Source of the DNA: Trichinella spiralis
Taxonomy: Eukaryota
NCBI RefSeq assembly: GCF_000181795.1
Contig: NW_003526943.1
Coordinates: 5,573,806 to 5,637,805, forward strand
DNA: 64,000 nucleotides
Direction: 5' to 3'
The position numbers and the translations under genes are program-made. The notes under the pieces were generated by a model. That model saw nothing but the letters and a program-made list of their open reading frames with translations. It searched no databases and was not told the DNA's origin. Below, piece after piece: positions 1 through 12,841 of this stretch (positions are counted from its first letter, which is position 1; each line of letters starts with the position of its first letter).

Positions 1-64
1 GAATTTTGGATATTTTTCTTTTCAAATAGAATTGAAATGCACATTGCCTATTTTTTTGCTTTAG

Positions 65-1258
65 GGAAAATTTGGTTTTTCCAACGTGCGTGATTTTGAA
101 TCTCGCGTTTATTTATGCCATGATGCATTTTCTTTCCTGTCCAACGACTTTTTTCTTCATACTTCAAAGACATTTTTATTTCCATTGTATTTGACCATGT
201 TCAGCGGCTGTTTGTTCGTCATTGGAAAAGATTTGCTGACACAGTGGTGCGATTTGGCTTCGTTGAGCAACAATAAATACCGACAATTTTTTACTACGGA
301 TTATTTCGAACGACGAGCTGATTTAGCCTTTTTAGTTCTTCAGGTTCATATGCTGCTATGTTTATTTATTTAATCTGTTAATATATTTCCTTTTTCTGTA
401 GTCTGTGATAATCGGTTTGGTATCGTTGATGGTAACACGAATTTCTTACATGTGGTCTCCACTGATGGCTGTACTAGCGACCGCTTTGTTATGCAGCGAA
501 GATATTTGGAAAACATTGCCAGGATTTCGCCATAATCGTCGTCAATACATTCACATGTTCCAGCTGTCGGTGATCGTTGCAATTCTTGGTTATAATTCTG
601 TTCTTTTTTATAATCGATTCCAGTGAGCACCTTCTGCTTATTTTGCTTTTCGATTTGGGGTTGAGGTTAATTTCAACAAATAAATGCTCACATTTTCAGG
701 GAAGAAATGAAAGATTTAAGAGAATTTTGGGATCCCGATACGGTAAACTTGATGGAATGGATAAACAACACTACTGCACCTTATGCATCTTTTGCCGGCT
801 CTATGCAACTTATGGCTGGCGTGAAGTGCTGCACTTCAAGACCAATAACCAATCATCCTCATTTCGAAAACAAGCAATTACGCGACAGGACGAAAGATAT
901 TTATCAAATCTACGCCCGACGTTCTGCCGAAGATGTAAATTTAATATTTAAAATCGAACACTTAACTTCTTAACATTCAATTTAGGTATATAACATTTTG
1001 AAAAAATACAACACCAACTACATTATTTTGGAGGACAGCATTTGTCGAGCTAAAAGAAGTGGCTGTACAATACCAGAATTAATTGATCTTGAAAATGGAC
1101 ATGCACCAGATAGTCGACATTTATGGATGTCAATGGGTTTGGTTCAGTCAAAAGAGCGACGGTTTTGTACGGCGATTGAAAATATGGATGAATCATTCGC
1201 TCGTTATTTCAGGTTAATATTCGTGAACAGAACATTTCGTGTATATCAACTGCTCTAG
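65..1258 (+). CDS. dpy-19: DPY19-family C-mannosyltransferase, 3' exons only (5' end is outside the window)
   Basis: Exons ~65-343, 402-623, 701-934, 987-1258 with GT-AG boundaries. Motifs RDFESRVYLC, LREFWDPDTVNLMEWI, FAGSMQLMAGVK, ITNHPHFENKQLRDRT and YIILEDSIC are typical of the DPY19 C-terminal half. Confidence 0.9.
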
Positions 1259-1754
1259 TCATTCTGCTCATACTTAATACTCATTTACTTGCCTACTTAC
1301 TTTTCACCAACGTTCATAGATATACAATTATAATAAACATTTTTCTAACGAAAAATGTTCAATATATGACAAGCTAATAAAGCTTATTATATGTTTCTTA
1401 TAATACTGATAGTTTTCGTTTAAAACATTTGAGAATAAACAAAAACAAATTTATATGATAAAAGTAAAGCTTAAGTACTTTACATTTATCTAAATATTAT
1501 TTTTGAAAATAGTAAACTTTATTTCAGATATATATCTAACATGAGAACTGAAAGTATAGTCTGAATTTGAAACTTCACTAAACAAGCAGTGTGTCAAAAT
1601 TATATTCAATACACTTACAATAAATAGCAGATTTATTATATGCACATATACATCCACCTATGTACATTGAAATTTTTCAATAATACATTCAAACAAATAT
1701 ACTTGTATATAGATATAAATCTTGCCAACATGCTCTATATATAATATACGTCTA

Positions 1755-4104
1755 TCAGTTTTTATCATCTTTCAAATCTTCAAATTTAACAAAGCATGCA
1801 TGTTTCATATAGTAATTTAAAAGAAGATGAGGACACTGTCTGGTAATTTCTTTGTTTGAAATTTCTTCGATTTTTCCATCAGCAAAACGTACAATACTGA
1901 TTAATCTTCCTCCTTTCGGCGAATCTCTTCGAACTCCCAACAACTCAGCTACTTCTCGTCCACTAATAAAATGATGTTGGTCTTCTAGACTGAAATCTCC
2001 TTCTAAATAATAAAAATTAATAAATAACCTAAACATATATATTATAATGATACTAAAATAGCTTTCAAAAAACAACTTTTCAGATACGGGTTTAGGCGTG
2101 CAAATTATGTAAGGTTTTATAAACAACAGTTCAGTTTTCATTTAAAAATCATGTTTATTGTATTTTTCAATTCTTATTTCATTTAAAAGATTCAGTTAGT
2201 TCGAAATACTTAAACTCAATAACTTACGAAAATCCTCCTCAGCATCTTCATTGTCCATAGCTTCTGTAGTAATAGTATCGTCAGATAACAAATCTAATAA
2301 CCATAACAAAAATGCATCAAATTAATATAACCAAACATTTTCAGTAAAATTGGAGAAACCTAACTTACTTAAAACACCTTAATATGCACAATCACAAACA
2401 TATAAGTATTACAACTTGTACTCTGCATATTACTGCTACCCCAAAAATGTTATAAAAATTCTGTAAGTACTAAGCATTACACAACATATTTCTGAACATA
2501 TACCGGAGTACAAACTACAGATATACATGCATATTTACTTAATTTTCACACATCTTGAACGCTAATTTCCTATTAAACACACTGTAAAATTATACCGTCT
2601 ACATTGTCTAGCTGTCCATCTTTCTGCTTTCGTGGTCTGCCTAAACTATGAATAAATAAATATATGCCTAAAAAACGTAATTATTTGTAACCTCGTCGTT
2701 TTGGGGCAAATTCATCTCTTCTCCTTAAGCGAGATTCAAATTCTCGAATTACACCGGCCGCATCCATCATGTTTTCTTCCCGTTCCCATGTAGAATCTTC
2801 AATAGGATACCCCTTCCATTTAATTAAATACTCATTTCCTCCATCATGAGCTATACGTCGGTCTAACAGCCTTTCAATTTCGTAATACGGTGCTCGACGG
2901 TATTTTTCTGAAACAAATAATTTACATAACATAATAATAAAATTAATCTGTCTTCTTGCTCAACAACATACGTACTTCCTTGTTCATTAGTTTCTTGAAA
3001 TTCTGAAAAACGACTGAAAGGCGTTAAAGAATCTCCTTTAAATGTCGCGCGTGTCATTCTTCCTAAAATAAAAAAAAATAAAAACATGACTATTAAAAAA
3101 AATAAATTATTACCTTGACGCAGAGGAAGATCGTCATCTCCTTCTTCTGAACGAGTAAATCTGAAATTCAACTCAAATTGCGTAATAAGATCCCCATATC
3201 GATTTAGGTTTTCGACTGGCTCCCAAACACCCTGGGAATCATCCTCATCTTCTTTTGCAATGCAATACTCAATTTGACCATTATCTGCCACACGTTTTCC
3301 CAGAATGCGAATCTGAGAAAGTTCCTCTTCCAATTTATCATCTTCAAGCATCTTCTCAAGTTGTGGAGGACCACGTAAATCTAACAACAGTAAAAAATAT
3401 AACAAAATTAATAAATTAAAATTAATAAATTCATAATAAATTATGAAGAAACCAAGCATAAACACTTTAAATTATAAAAATTAAGCATTAAGCATAAAAG
3501 CCTACATTACTGAATAAAACTGAACTGAACTATATGAAAATTCATATCTGCATCATTTTAAACTATATCACATACATTATAATTCAAAATAACTCTGCTC
3601 TTCACAAAATTAGAGTTTAGAAATTCAAAGAATAATCTGAAAAAAGTTAGTCAGAACAAATCTGCTAAAACAAAATTAATAAAAACGCGAGCCAAAGTGA
3701 TACAAATAACTACTGAAAAGTAAAGCAAAATGTTTAATAAATAAAAATATTCAAGCAAAAAAATGATTAAAAAAAGTTTCACTAGGCTGTCAAACTGTCA
3801 CCCTACAATCAGGAAAACTGAATTAAAACATTAAAAAGCAAAATTACATTCCTTGGCTAGACTGCAAATTAATAAAAGCTATACCTTCAACATAATTATC
3901 CTCTTCCATTGATGGTGGAACGACAATTTTGTGCGCATTAAACGCGCGAATCAAATCTGCACAACCACCAAGGTTTTCCACAGGCTCCCAGGTTGCTTCA
4001 GATATCGGATAGCCACGCCACATCACTTTATACAACTCCTCACCATCTTCACCAGTTCGCTTATCCAAAATTGCTTCAACTTCAAAAACTGCATCTTCTG
4101 CCAT
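1755..4104 (-). CDS. HP1-family protein with three chromodomains, an AT-hook and a C-terminal chromo-shadow-like domain (~382 aa)
   Basis: Seven exons (4104-3885, 3380-3114, 3062-2976, 2907-2692, 2640-2596, 2293-2228, 2002-1755) splice in frame over 1149 nt. CD1 FEVEAILDKR..YKVMWRGYPISEATWEPVENL; degenerate CD2 RILGKR..EYCI..WEPVENL; CD3 YEIERLLDRR..YLIKWKGYPIEDSTWEREEN; RRGRPRK; C-terminal GREVAELLG..IVRF..EITRQCPHLLLNYY. Confidence 0.85.
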
Positions 4105-4929
4105 CTAAACAAAATAACTGCTCCTGAAGAAAATACTGCGCCTAATATACTGATTTAAAAATTTAATTACTTTTTTTAGCAAAATTAAAAAAAATTATTT
4201 AAAACTAGCTAAAATTTCAATATAAAATTATCAGTTAACCTAAAATAAACTACTACATCGTAAAAGAGTGACCTAATTAATGAAACCACAGTAATGGTGT
4301 GACTGTACAAAGGTTCATTACATTAATTTAAATTTATAAACAAATTTTTTTCTAAAATCAAATTACGCAAAAGTTTCAATTTTTCTCATGTCTCATTTTG
4401 CTGTTTTTGACATTTATTATATCATTACTTGCTCGTTTATGGATATTCACATTGCTTATGTGTATATCTTTGTTCATTTCAGTATTTAGATACTAATTTA
4501 GAGTATAATATTGAAATTCATTTTTTGTTTTTTTTTCTGCAAAATATTGAGCAACGAATGTAATAAACGAACTCTTTGATAAGGAGAATAAAGATGGGAT
4601 ACTGTAATTAAAATGCAGGAACTATTTGTTTTAGTTTGTGGTACAGCAGTTGTGTAAGTTGTATTTACTATTAACATTAAAATTTTTTATATATTACTTT
4701 CAAATATTATAATTTTTAATATAATTGCTGAGCAGAAAATTGAATATTATGTCGCATTTCTGCAAAATACTTGCCGGAAACTTCATTAGCTGGCGATACA
4801 GCTGTAACGAAAATGTGAATTGTTTATAACTGATAATCGTTAAAAATATTTAGATCAGGATATATTAGCCGCAGGAGAGTAATAAATATTACTATTATTA
4901 TGTCATCAGTACATTGTACTTGATTTTCA

Positions 4930-6700
4930 CCGTAAACGGTGGCCAAATCTACAGATGAAGGCAGTCCAGAGTTGGTCGTCATTGTTGCTGTTATGACTGC
5001 GTTGTGCCCGTGCGTGACGTGGTTTGTTACGTCAGTTTTCTGTTTTTGTATCAGTAAAAGTTTTTGTTTATTTCAGACGTTTATCATATTATTCTAAATG
5101 GCTGCGAAGATCGAAAGAAGTCGCAGAGTTACGTCCGGTTGCGGTGATCGAATCGAAGGTTGCCTATTCGAGTATAATTCACCGAGCAACAGCGACGAAA
5201 CGCTACACATTTCACCAAATGATTAAAAAAACTGAAATGAGTCAACATGGAAGCATTATGGAAACAAGATGAGTCTGGATGAAAATTCTCGAAATAGCTG
5301 AGACGAGCGTCCATGGAAACCGTAGATAGCTGGCGCATCACAAGACATATGGACGGTTTGGACTCTTTGTCTACGCTTATGTGGAACGCTATGCATCCTG
5401 TAAGTTGGCAAAACTTCGATTCCAAGATTCCATTTTCTTTGGATGAAAAGCTTTGCCTGAGCGATCTGAATCATTTTTAGTTAAATGTGATTCTTGTCGA
5501 CGGTATTGCGTTGCTTGGTTTATGGCGTCGGCACAGGACAAATATGAAGTATCGTAATCAAACCAAAATAATTATTGGCAGCAATAGAAGCAGTATTCAA
5601 AGTGGAATTGCATCTCTGGTCAGAACGTACAAACGCTTCTTGCTGCTGCTTACGCTAACTTGCAGCTAGCTTATCTGTGGCAAGCTGTAATGGGTACAGT
5701 AAACCGGGTTATCTTACCTGATAATCTCTGGTGATACTATGTATACTGTCTTATGATTGTACCTTGAATCTTGGCTGCGATCGGCGTCAGCACAGGACAG
5801 GACAAATATGAAGCGCAGTAATGAAACCAAAGTAGTTACTGGCAGTGGTAGAAGCAGTATTTAAAGTGCCATTACATCTCTGCTCAGCACGTACTAACGC
5901 TTCTTGTTGCTGGTTACACTAATTTGCAGTTGGCTTATCTGTGGCAAACCATTCAAAGGCACGCGTGACAAGATAACGATAAACGAAGAATGTAATATGT
6001 CGAAGTCAAGCAATGGCAATACTCAATTCAACTCAGGCTTGGATGGTCAGAAGTAATCGCAGGCACATAAGGTATCGCACGTATCAGCAATTACCAGGAC
6101 AGAAAAGGGCTAATAGAAAATCCAAAGAAAACCGAGGCATTGGCCAACACTTACCACTGGCTAACGAGGAATGCGTGTCATACGGCTAAATGGGACAACT
6201 GTTTAAGCCAATAATGTGTATATGGAACTATCAGAGAGCAAAAGCGGCTACTAGTTTGGACTATGAAAAGTGTCCAAACGATCCATGAAACGACCGCACC
6301 GAACGTTCAATACATGATTGTTCCCATTGTTCTGTGTTACAGGAAAGAGCTTGATATCTCCCATATCACTCAATAACGCAAGATGGAAAATTGACTTTTG
6401 TGTGGTGTCGATATGAGGAAGTTTGAAATTATACGTGATGCCAACGTAACGTTTTCACATAATTTTCCACATGGCAGCTGTTGGGTGATGTTTTATTACT
6501 TAACCGTTTGGAAAATGTGGTAAGAGCCGAATGGGTCAAAGAGTCACAGGAAGTCATCATCAGTTAGTGCTGTTGTTATGTGTCTGCGTTAATGTGTACT
6601 TGATTTGGAAGTTTGTTTCAGTTCTTTTTGAGAGCTTTGCATCGGAAAAGCTGTGCATCGCATACTCGCTTGATTATAAGTGCTAAGAAGATTGACTGTA
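4930..6700. mobile_element. Possible degenerate transposon-derived region
   Basis: Visibly less AT-rich than the flanks, no consistent spliced ORF, contains the internal duplication. No diagnostic transposase motif was found. Confidence 0.3.
5524..5948. repeat. Diverged direct repeat, two ~160-bp copies (~5524-5685 and ~5783-5948)
   Basis: Both copies share ggcgtc(g/a)gcacaggaca..aatatgaag..aaaccaaa..ggcag..tagaagcagtatt..catctctg..acgtac..aacgcttcttg..tgcag..gcttatctgtggcaa. Confidence 0.85.
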
Positions 6701-7505
6701 AAGCATTCCTGTTATTGTATACACTGTCAAGTTATGTATGTATATTGTATTAAAATCTTTTTATAAACAATGGAGTGTTTTTATTTTACGTTTATAACGA
6801 TTTATGACCCATCAATGCAAAGGTACATTGTACAAAATGAAGATTCCTGGATTGAAAAATCGAAATTTTTTAATCTACTATTTATACGCCTTCGAACTGT
6901 CCATTTTTAGTAAATTCTAATTACTACACTGCTTAACTAATTAATTAATTTTATGCTCGGTAAAACCACATTTTTAATTACTGGCTACAACTGTTGTAAA
7001 ACTTTTACATTATTAATACATTAAAACTATTGGAATTTATACAGTTTTGATAAGAAAGTGAGTGCTTTTAATTGTTAATTTGTCAAATTTGCTCTATAAT
7101 ATTCAGTTTGAAATATTTGCTGTATGCTGCATTACAGCATGACATAATAAAATTCCAATAAAAATATGTTGTTTTGAATGACATATGAATACAGTTATTA
7201 CGAACTGAAATCGAAGTCATAGATTCAAAACCATTTTCAGAGAAGAGTGAATGCAAATTAAAAAAATTACCGATTTATTTGATATGCTCACAACAATAGT
7301 TTTAACAAATTAGCAATATTTGATAATGATAGTTTATTATTACAGTATTTAGTGAATATTATTTATAAAAACCGTTTAATATTTTCAATCTAAAACATTC
7401 TATTAAAAAATAATTTTATTTAATTGTTTTAAAAAATATTTAACTTGAAATTTTAAAATGTTTTACAATCAAATAATCATGTATTAAGCAGCATGCATTA
7501 ATTGA

Positions 7506-9496
7506 TCATGTATTTTCGTGTTTTATCACTGGGTTATTTTCAAGTTTCGCATAAGCCATTTCGAGATTTTTACGAATTTCAGAAAAAGTTGGCCTTTCAC
7601 TTTCAGCTAAATTCCAACAATGCATAACAATTTCTCTGATATCTTCTGGTGTGTTGTTGGGTAACTTCAGTCGATTGCCTGGCAATTAAAACAATAGAAA
7701 GACATTTGTCAGAAATTATACTGCTATACCGTTGCGTAATGTTTCAAGTAGATTTGTCAAAAAATGACCAGTCCATTGCTGTTCTTCCTCTTGATAGGGG
7801 CATTTTCCCTTTACGAGAATTTCCCACATCAGCACACCAAACGACCAAACGTCAGATTTTTTAGAATACTTCCCTACAACAATACAAAAGGCGTGTTAAT
7901 TTATTACAGGAAATGCTCTGTGCAGAGAATCAAACATTCCAAAATAAAAAAGAATGAAATATTTTTATAGTCAGTTGCAATTCAGTTTATGGAATTTTGA
8001 AATTATTGATTGAACAAATTGTTCAACAAATTTATTACTTTCTCTGTTGATATGGTTTCAGAATTTTATAGTTGGCTTTGATCACCGATGTAGCGAAACT
8101 TAATCAACGATTACAGATCTACTTTCCATGCATGGCAAAACAATTTGAATGTAAAAAATAGGCATACCATGTGACAGGACGTCTGGCGCTGTCCATCTCA
8201 CTGGAATAGCTTCTTTATTCTTTATTTCATAAAATTCACCTTCCTTAGCCAATCCGAAGTCTGAAATTTTAACTGTCTCGTCCTTCCATAAGCAGTTTCG
8301 TAGTGCTAAATCGCTGAAATAGCATAATAAAAAGTTGATACATTAATAATACAAAAAGAATTCAACTGAATAAATAGACCGTTTTACCGATGTATGATTT
8401 TTTTATTAGCGAGATATTCCATTGCAGAGGCGACTTGCACAAACATATTAACGCATATTGGCATGGTGACACGATCATTCTTGAGATAACTTTTCAAATC
8501 ACCTTAGAAAAAGTTCAGGATAGAATGAATAGAGAAAGAATTATCTGTTTCAATTTTTTAAAAAAACTATATACTGTCACAAAGTTCGACTATTAGTTTC
8601 AAGCCAACTGTGTCAACCGCTAGGCCTTGAAATCGAATTAAATTTTTGTGATTAAGCCTGCGCAACAATCGGCATTCGTTCGACAAACTTTCAGCATTCA
8701 AATCTTTGTCAGTATCATTTTTCAAAAATTTAACTGCCACCGTGCGCTCATCACCGTTCGACAATTTCTGCAGACCTTGGTAGACGAATCCAAAATTACC
8801 CTGAACAGAATTTCATCTCAGAAACGGAACTTCACTCCTGCTTGCTGTTTTCTCAACAAAAAATAAAACCTCGCCCAATTTTTCTCCAATATGAATATCC
8901 GAAATTTGGAATAACCAGTGGGGCTTCCTAACGGCTCTTTTCAGCAAAACAACAGTCGTGTCCGCCATCAGGGGCTTCTTCTCTCTGCGGTAATGGTTGA
9001 TCAATTTCGTCACTGTTGGATAAACAGCAGAATCGATGCTGTATCCTTTCTAAGTGAGAGGATGAAAAGATTTGTTTTTTTAATTATGAATTATCATATA
9101 AAGTCAATTTTTTTAAATTCCAGTACTTCAACAGCTTCAATAGCAAAGTGATACGCCACTTCCCCCGCTAGAGCGGACAAATAAAGACAATTTGGCTCTT
9201 CTCCAACAATCGGACTGCGGAATAAAAAATCACCATCTACTTTCAAAAAATCTCGAATCAATTCATAACTTGGCAAATTTCCATAAAAATAAGGCGAATT
9301 ATATATTGAGTCCGTCGTCTGCAACAAAATAATCAACACACATTCATATAGTAAATACGTGAAATAGAAAAAATACATATAAATAAATAAAATTCGAAAA
9401 ACTCACCAAACAATCTGAACAATTATCTGACTTTGTTGGCAGCTTCTTCAGTTTGAATAATTTTGCAAATTTATTGCAAAATTGTACATTGCCCAT
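7506..9496 (-). CDS. Fer/Fes-like non-receptor tyrosine kinase (SH2 plus kinase domain, no F-BAR)
   Basis: Exons splice in frame. SH2-like [19 protein letters not shown]; kinase [60 protein letters not shown]. Stop at 7506-7508. Confidence 0.9.
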
Positions 9497-10540
9497 TTCA
9501 AGTGCATCAGCTGAATCCACAACAATTAAAAATACATGAAACAAACTAATTTATTAAATAAAATAATTTGAAGAAAAAATTATAAGCAATTTTATTAAAT
9601 ATTTCAATATAATTATCAGAAAAGTTTTTGTTGAAAAATCACTTTTTAAATTAATTCAACAGCATTTTTTAATGTCTACTAACTTGAAAATATTTAAATT
9701 TCATATAATACAGTAAAATTATCACCTGATTATCTTGACTGCGCTTTGATAAAAAATAAATTAAATAAGTAAGCATTAAAGACTTTCTTTTTAGCAATTA
9801 AAATTTTAAAGATAACGTTTGTTTAAATCAAAAAGTTTAAACTTTGATAAAATTTCTTAAAATCCGTAAATACTTTTTTATACAATTGTGTGCATAATCA
9901 CGAAATAAAGAGATTTTTTTCATATGATCTAATCATCATATTCTTCATCTCTGTATAAATAATTCAGAACTTAAAGATAACAATTTCACTACATATAGTA
10001 GCTTTTCGCCTGCTAACTATTTACGGAATTTTGGTATTTAGAAATCAAAAACCTTTTTTATTTTTGAAAAAGTGTTGAGTTACTATAATTGGAGTTTTTT
10101 AAATTATTATTATTATTAGTTATAAAAATTCTTTTAGCGATAATATTTTAAAAAATCATTACTTTTTAAAATATCAAAGAAAAAACAGCTACCATACTTT
10201 ACATCAGTAGTAGTACTTCTCATTTTTCACATTAACAGATAATAGTTTCATTTTTAAATGAAAATGAAAATTACTTTTAACATCAATTATTATGTTGCTT
10301 TTATTTTAATTCAGTCATGCAAATTTAGATATTGTGAAATATAAAAGTGCTAAACAATTGCTAATAATTATCTAAATTATCTGAAAGAACACTCCATGTA
10401 ATTGCACATATCATGTTTTGCTATATTCAATGTATACATTTTTTTATTATGCTTCATATCTTAACAAATATTTTAATTATATCTAAATTCTTCAATACAT
10501 TCATGAACAACGGCTTAGTGGACTGAAAATAATAAAACCA

Positions 10541-11478
10541 TCAAAAGCGCTCTGAAATCCATATAGCACCTTTGCAGCCAAATTGGATAATTGTCTTCAT
10601 AGCACCGTAAAACTGGGTCTGCAATAAAGAACAGCTACTAGAAATCTGAGAGAAAATTTCATACCTTTTAAGAAGTTACATTTTGCAAAAAGTTATATTC
10701 TCCAAGTTAATTCAATTATTTTTATTAATATTAAACAGCAGAAAAATTTAAATACTTCTAAATGTAAAATCTACATAATAAAGTTATACAAATTTTGAAT
10801 AAGACAATTTCTCTACAAATAAATTATTAATACCTGATGAGTTATAGCTATTTATATTTAAATGAAAACTGTTTATTTCCAATTCACCTCAAGTGCATGA
10901 TGCTTCAAACCAATATCATGATGCTCTAATTCTTCATCTCGAAATTTTCCTATTGTCTGAGAAAAAGTAAAACTTCATTAAACAATATAACATATAAACT
11001 TCTGGACGAAAAACTTCCCACCTCTAGCAACTCTTTGTGATGTTCTTCGCCATCGAGTATAAGTTCACGTATTTGACTAAAAGATGAATGTTTTCTTTTA
11101 ATATAGTTTACCACGCATAAGAAATTTTTTTAAAAGATGGTTTAAATAATCGATATTTTAAATATTAAAGCTTTCTTAATTTCGATATGCTTAAATAAAT
11201 AAATAAATACATATATATATATATCACTTGTTGTAGTGCTGACCAATGACTTCTTCCACGGCAACTGTGCAAGCCATTGCAGCTTTTGGGCCAAGCAAAG
11301 CAGTTCCAGCTCCTGTAAAACAAAATAAAATATCAGATAAAGAATTCTAGCTCAAATTCTAACCTAATAAAAATCCAGCAACGTTCCAAACAGGTGTCAT
11401 AATTGTAGGACGGACTCGATATTTCCTAGCCATGTTTTCAAAAGTTTTCAAATGTACCTCTTCCTGTTCTTTCATGTG
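10541..11478 (-). CDS. clk-1: CLK-1/COQ7 5-demethoxyubiquinone hydroxylase, last five exons (5' exons not visible)
   Basis: Spliced translation [94 protein letters not shown], with di-iron ExxH motifs. The first visible exon starts at a splice acceptor. Confidence 0.92.
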
Positions 11479-12142
11479 CTAAAAGCATTCCTTTTTATTA
11501 ACTGAATTAATTTCAATAATATACTGATATTTTTATATTAATAAACAATTACAAATTATTCTCACATAGTGCATGAAATAACTGAATTCCATCTAAAACG
11601 TGGAAACATTTTAACTAAAAAGTAGAATGGTAAAAATAAGCAAATTTCATCCTTATTTAAAAAAACCTTATGCATTTTCTTTTTTATTTTTTCAAATTAT
11701 TTATGTTTTCAGCTACAGGAAACAAAGAAACAAAAATTACGACGTCAACTGAGGAAATAATTAGCTTCCATATGGAACAAACTGTAAGTAAACATTCACA
11801 GATGCTTAAGCCGGAAGTTTTCTGAATACAACAATGGCAAGGTAAACTAAAAACAAAAAATACAACTGACGCCCAGTAATTGCAGTGTAACGCAACTGAA
11901 AGGAAAAAACAATAGCTAGTGTCACATTTGCGCTAAAAAGACCCTGACCTAAGTGAGATAATCCAACAACGAGGGTATAATCGCACGATAAATACAAAGT
12001 AATTTTCTTATCCAAGTCATTTCATCAAGTGACAGTTGCGAGAAATCAAGCTCAAAACGATAATACATTATTCCACTTGATTCAGATCCCACTGATCAGA
12101 ATATACCTACCAAAAACAAAGATAACAAAATACAAGAAAGAT

Positions 12143-12841
12143 ATGGACGAATTACAGTTATCCGATGGTATCAACAATGAAACAAGCAAAAATTCATTGA
12201 AGAATTTGAAAAAGGAAATTCTGGAGATTTTGGACAAAGAACTGGAACAAAAATGCAAAGATGAACGTGGAGAAAAAAAGAAAAGAAAAATGAAAAAAGT
12301 ATCGTTTTTGGACGAGTTCGGTTTCCAATTAGCAGAAGTTTTTGTCGTTCCCAGCTCTACTGAGCCAGTACAATCTGCAGACGATGAGAAACATCTGAAC
12401 GAAGAGAGCAGTGCAATTTTGGATCCCTTTTTCAACACACAACTGCCTAAACAGAAGAGCAGTTGGATGTTCACCTTTCAGCAGCCCATGCACAACGTTG
12501 GAAAATTGCAAAAGCGCTTACAATACCAAAAAGTTGCACTGGAAAGTGTAACCGTACGCAATGATATCCAACGACTGTACGGTACGGTGAAAATCCAAAG
12601 ACCCTGCACTGATGCTCAAGTTTTCATCCGCTGCACCGACAACAACTGGCTGAACTTCAAAGATCACAATGCCGTTTTGTTGAATCGAGGCAACGATATG
12701 CTTGATACGTATTTTTTCGACTTCAAAATCCCTCCCAACGATATCAATTGCAAGCAGATCCAATTTTGCGTCGGCTGTAAACTGTTCGACCAACTGCTCT
12801 GGGACGACAACGACCAACGATATTACAAACTTCTAGCCTGA
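12143..12841 (+). CDS. Protein phosphatase 1 glycogen-targeting regulatory subunit (PPP1R3-like, CBM21), intronless
   Basis: RVxF-like KKVSF motif; CBM21 hallmarks VALESV, LYGTVKI, VFIRCTDNNW, DTYFFDF, QFCV..LWDDNDQRYY. First ATG at 12143. Confidence 0.85.
   Translation: MDELQLSDGINNETSKNSLKNLKKEILEILDKELEQKCKDERGEKKKRKMKKVSFLDEFGFQLAEVFVVPSSTEPVQSADDEKHLNEESSAILDPFFNTQLPKQKSSWMFTFQQPMHNVGKLQKRLQYQKVALESVTVRNDIQRLYGTVKIQRPCTDAQVFIRCTDNNWLNFKDHNAVLLNRGNDMLDTYFFDFKIPPNDINCKQIQFCVGCKLFDQLLWDDNDQRYYKLLA

Noticed and set aside
12029..12841. Intronless PPP1R3-like gene as a retrocopy, and the 12029 start
   Set aside because: Family members are often intron-poor and I saw no poly-A tail or TSD. 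Position 12029 is GTG, so the ATG at 12143 is preferred.
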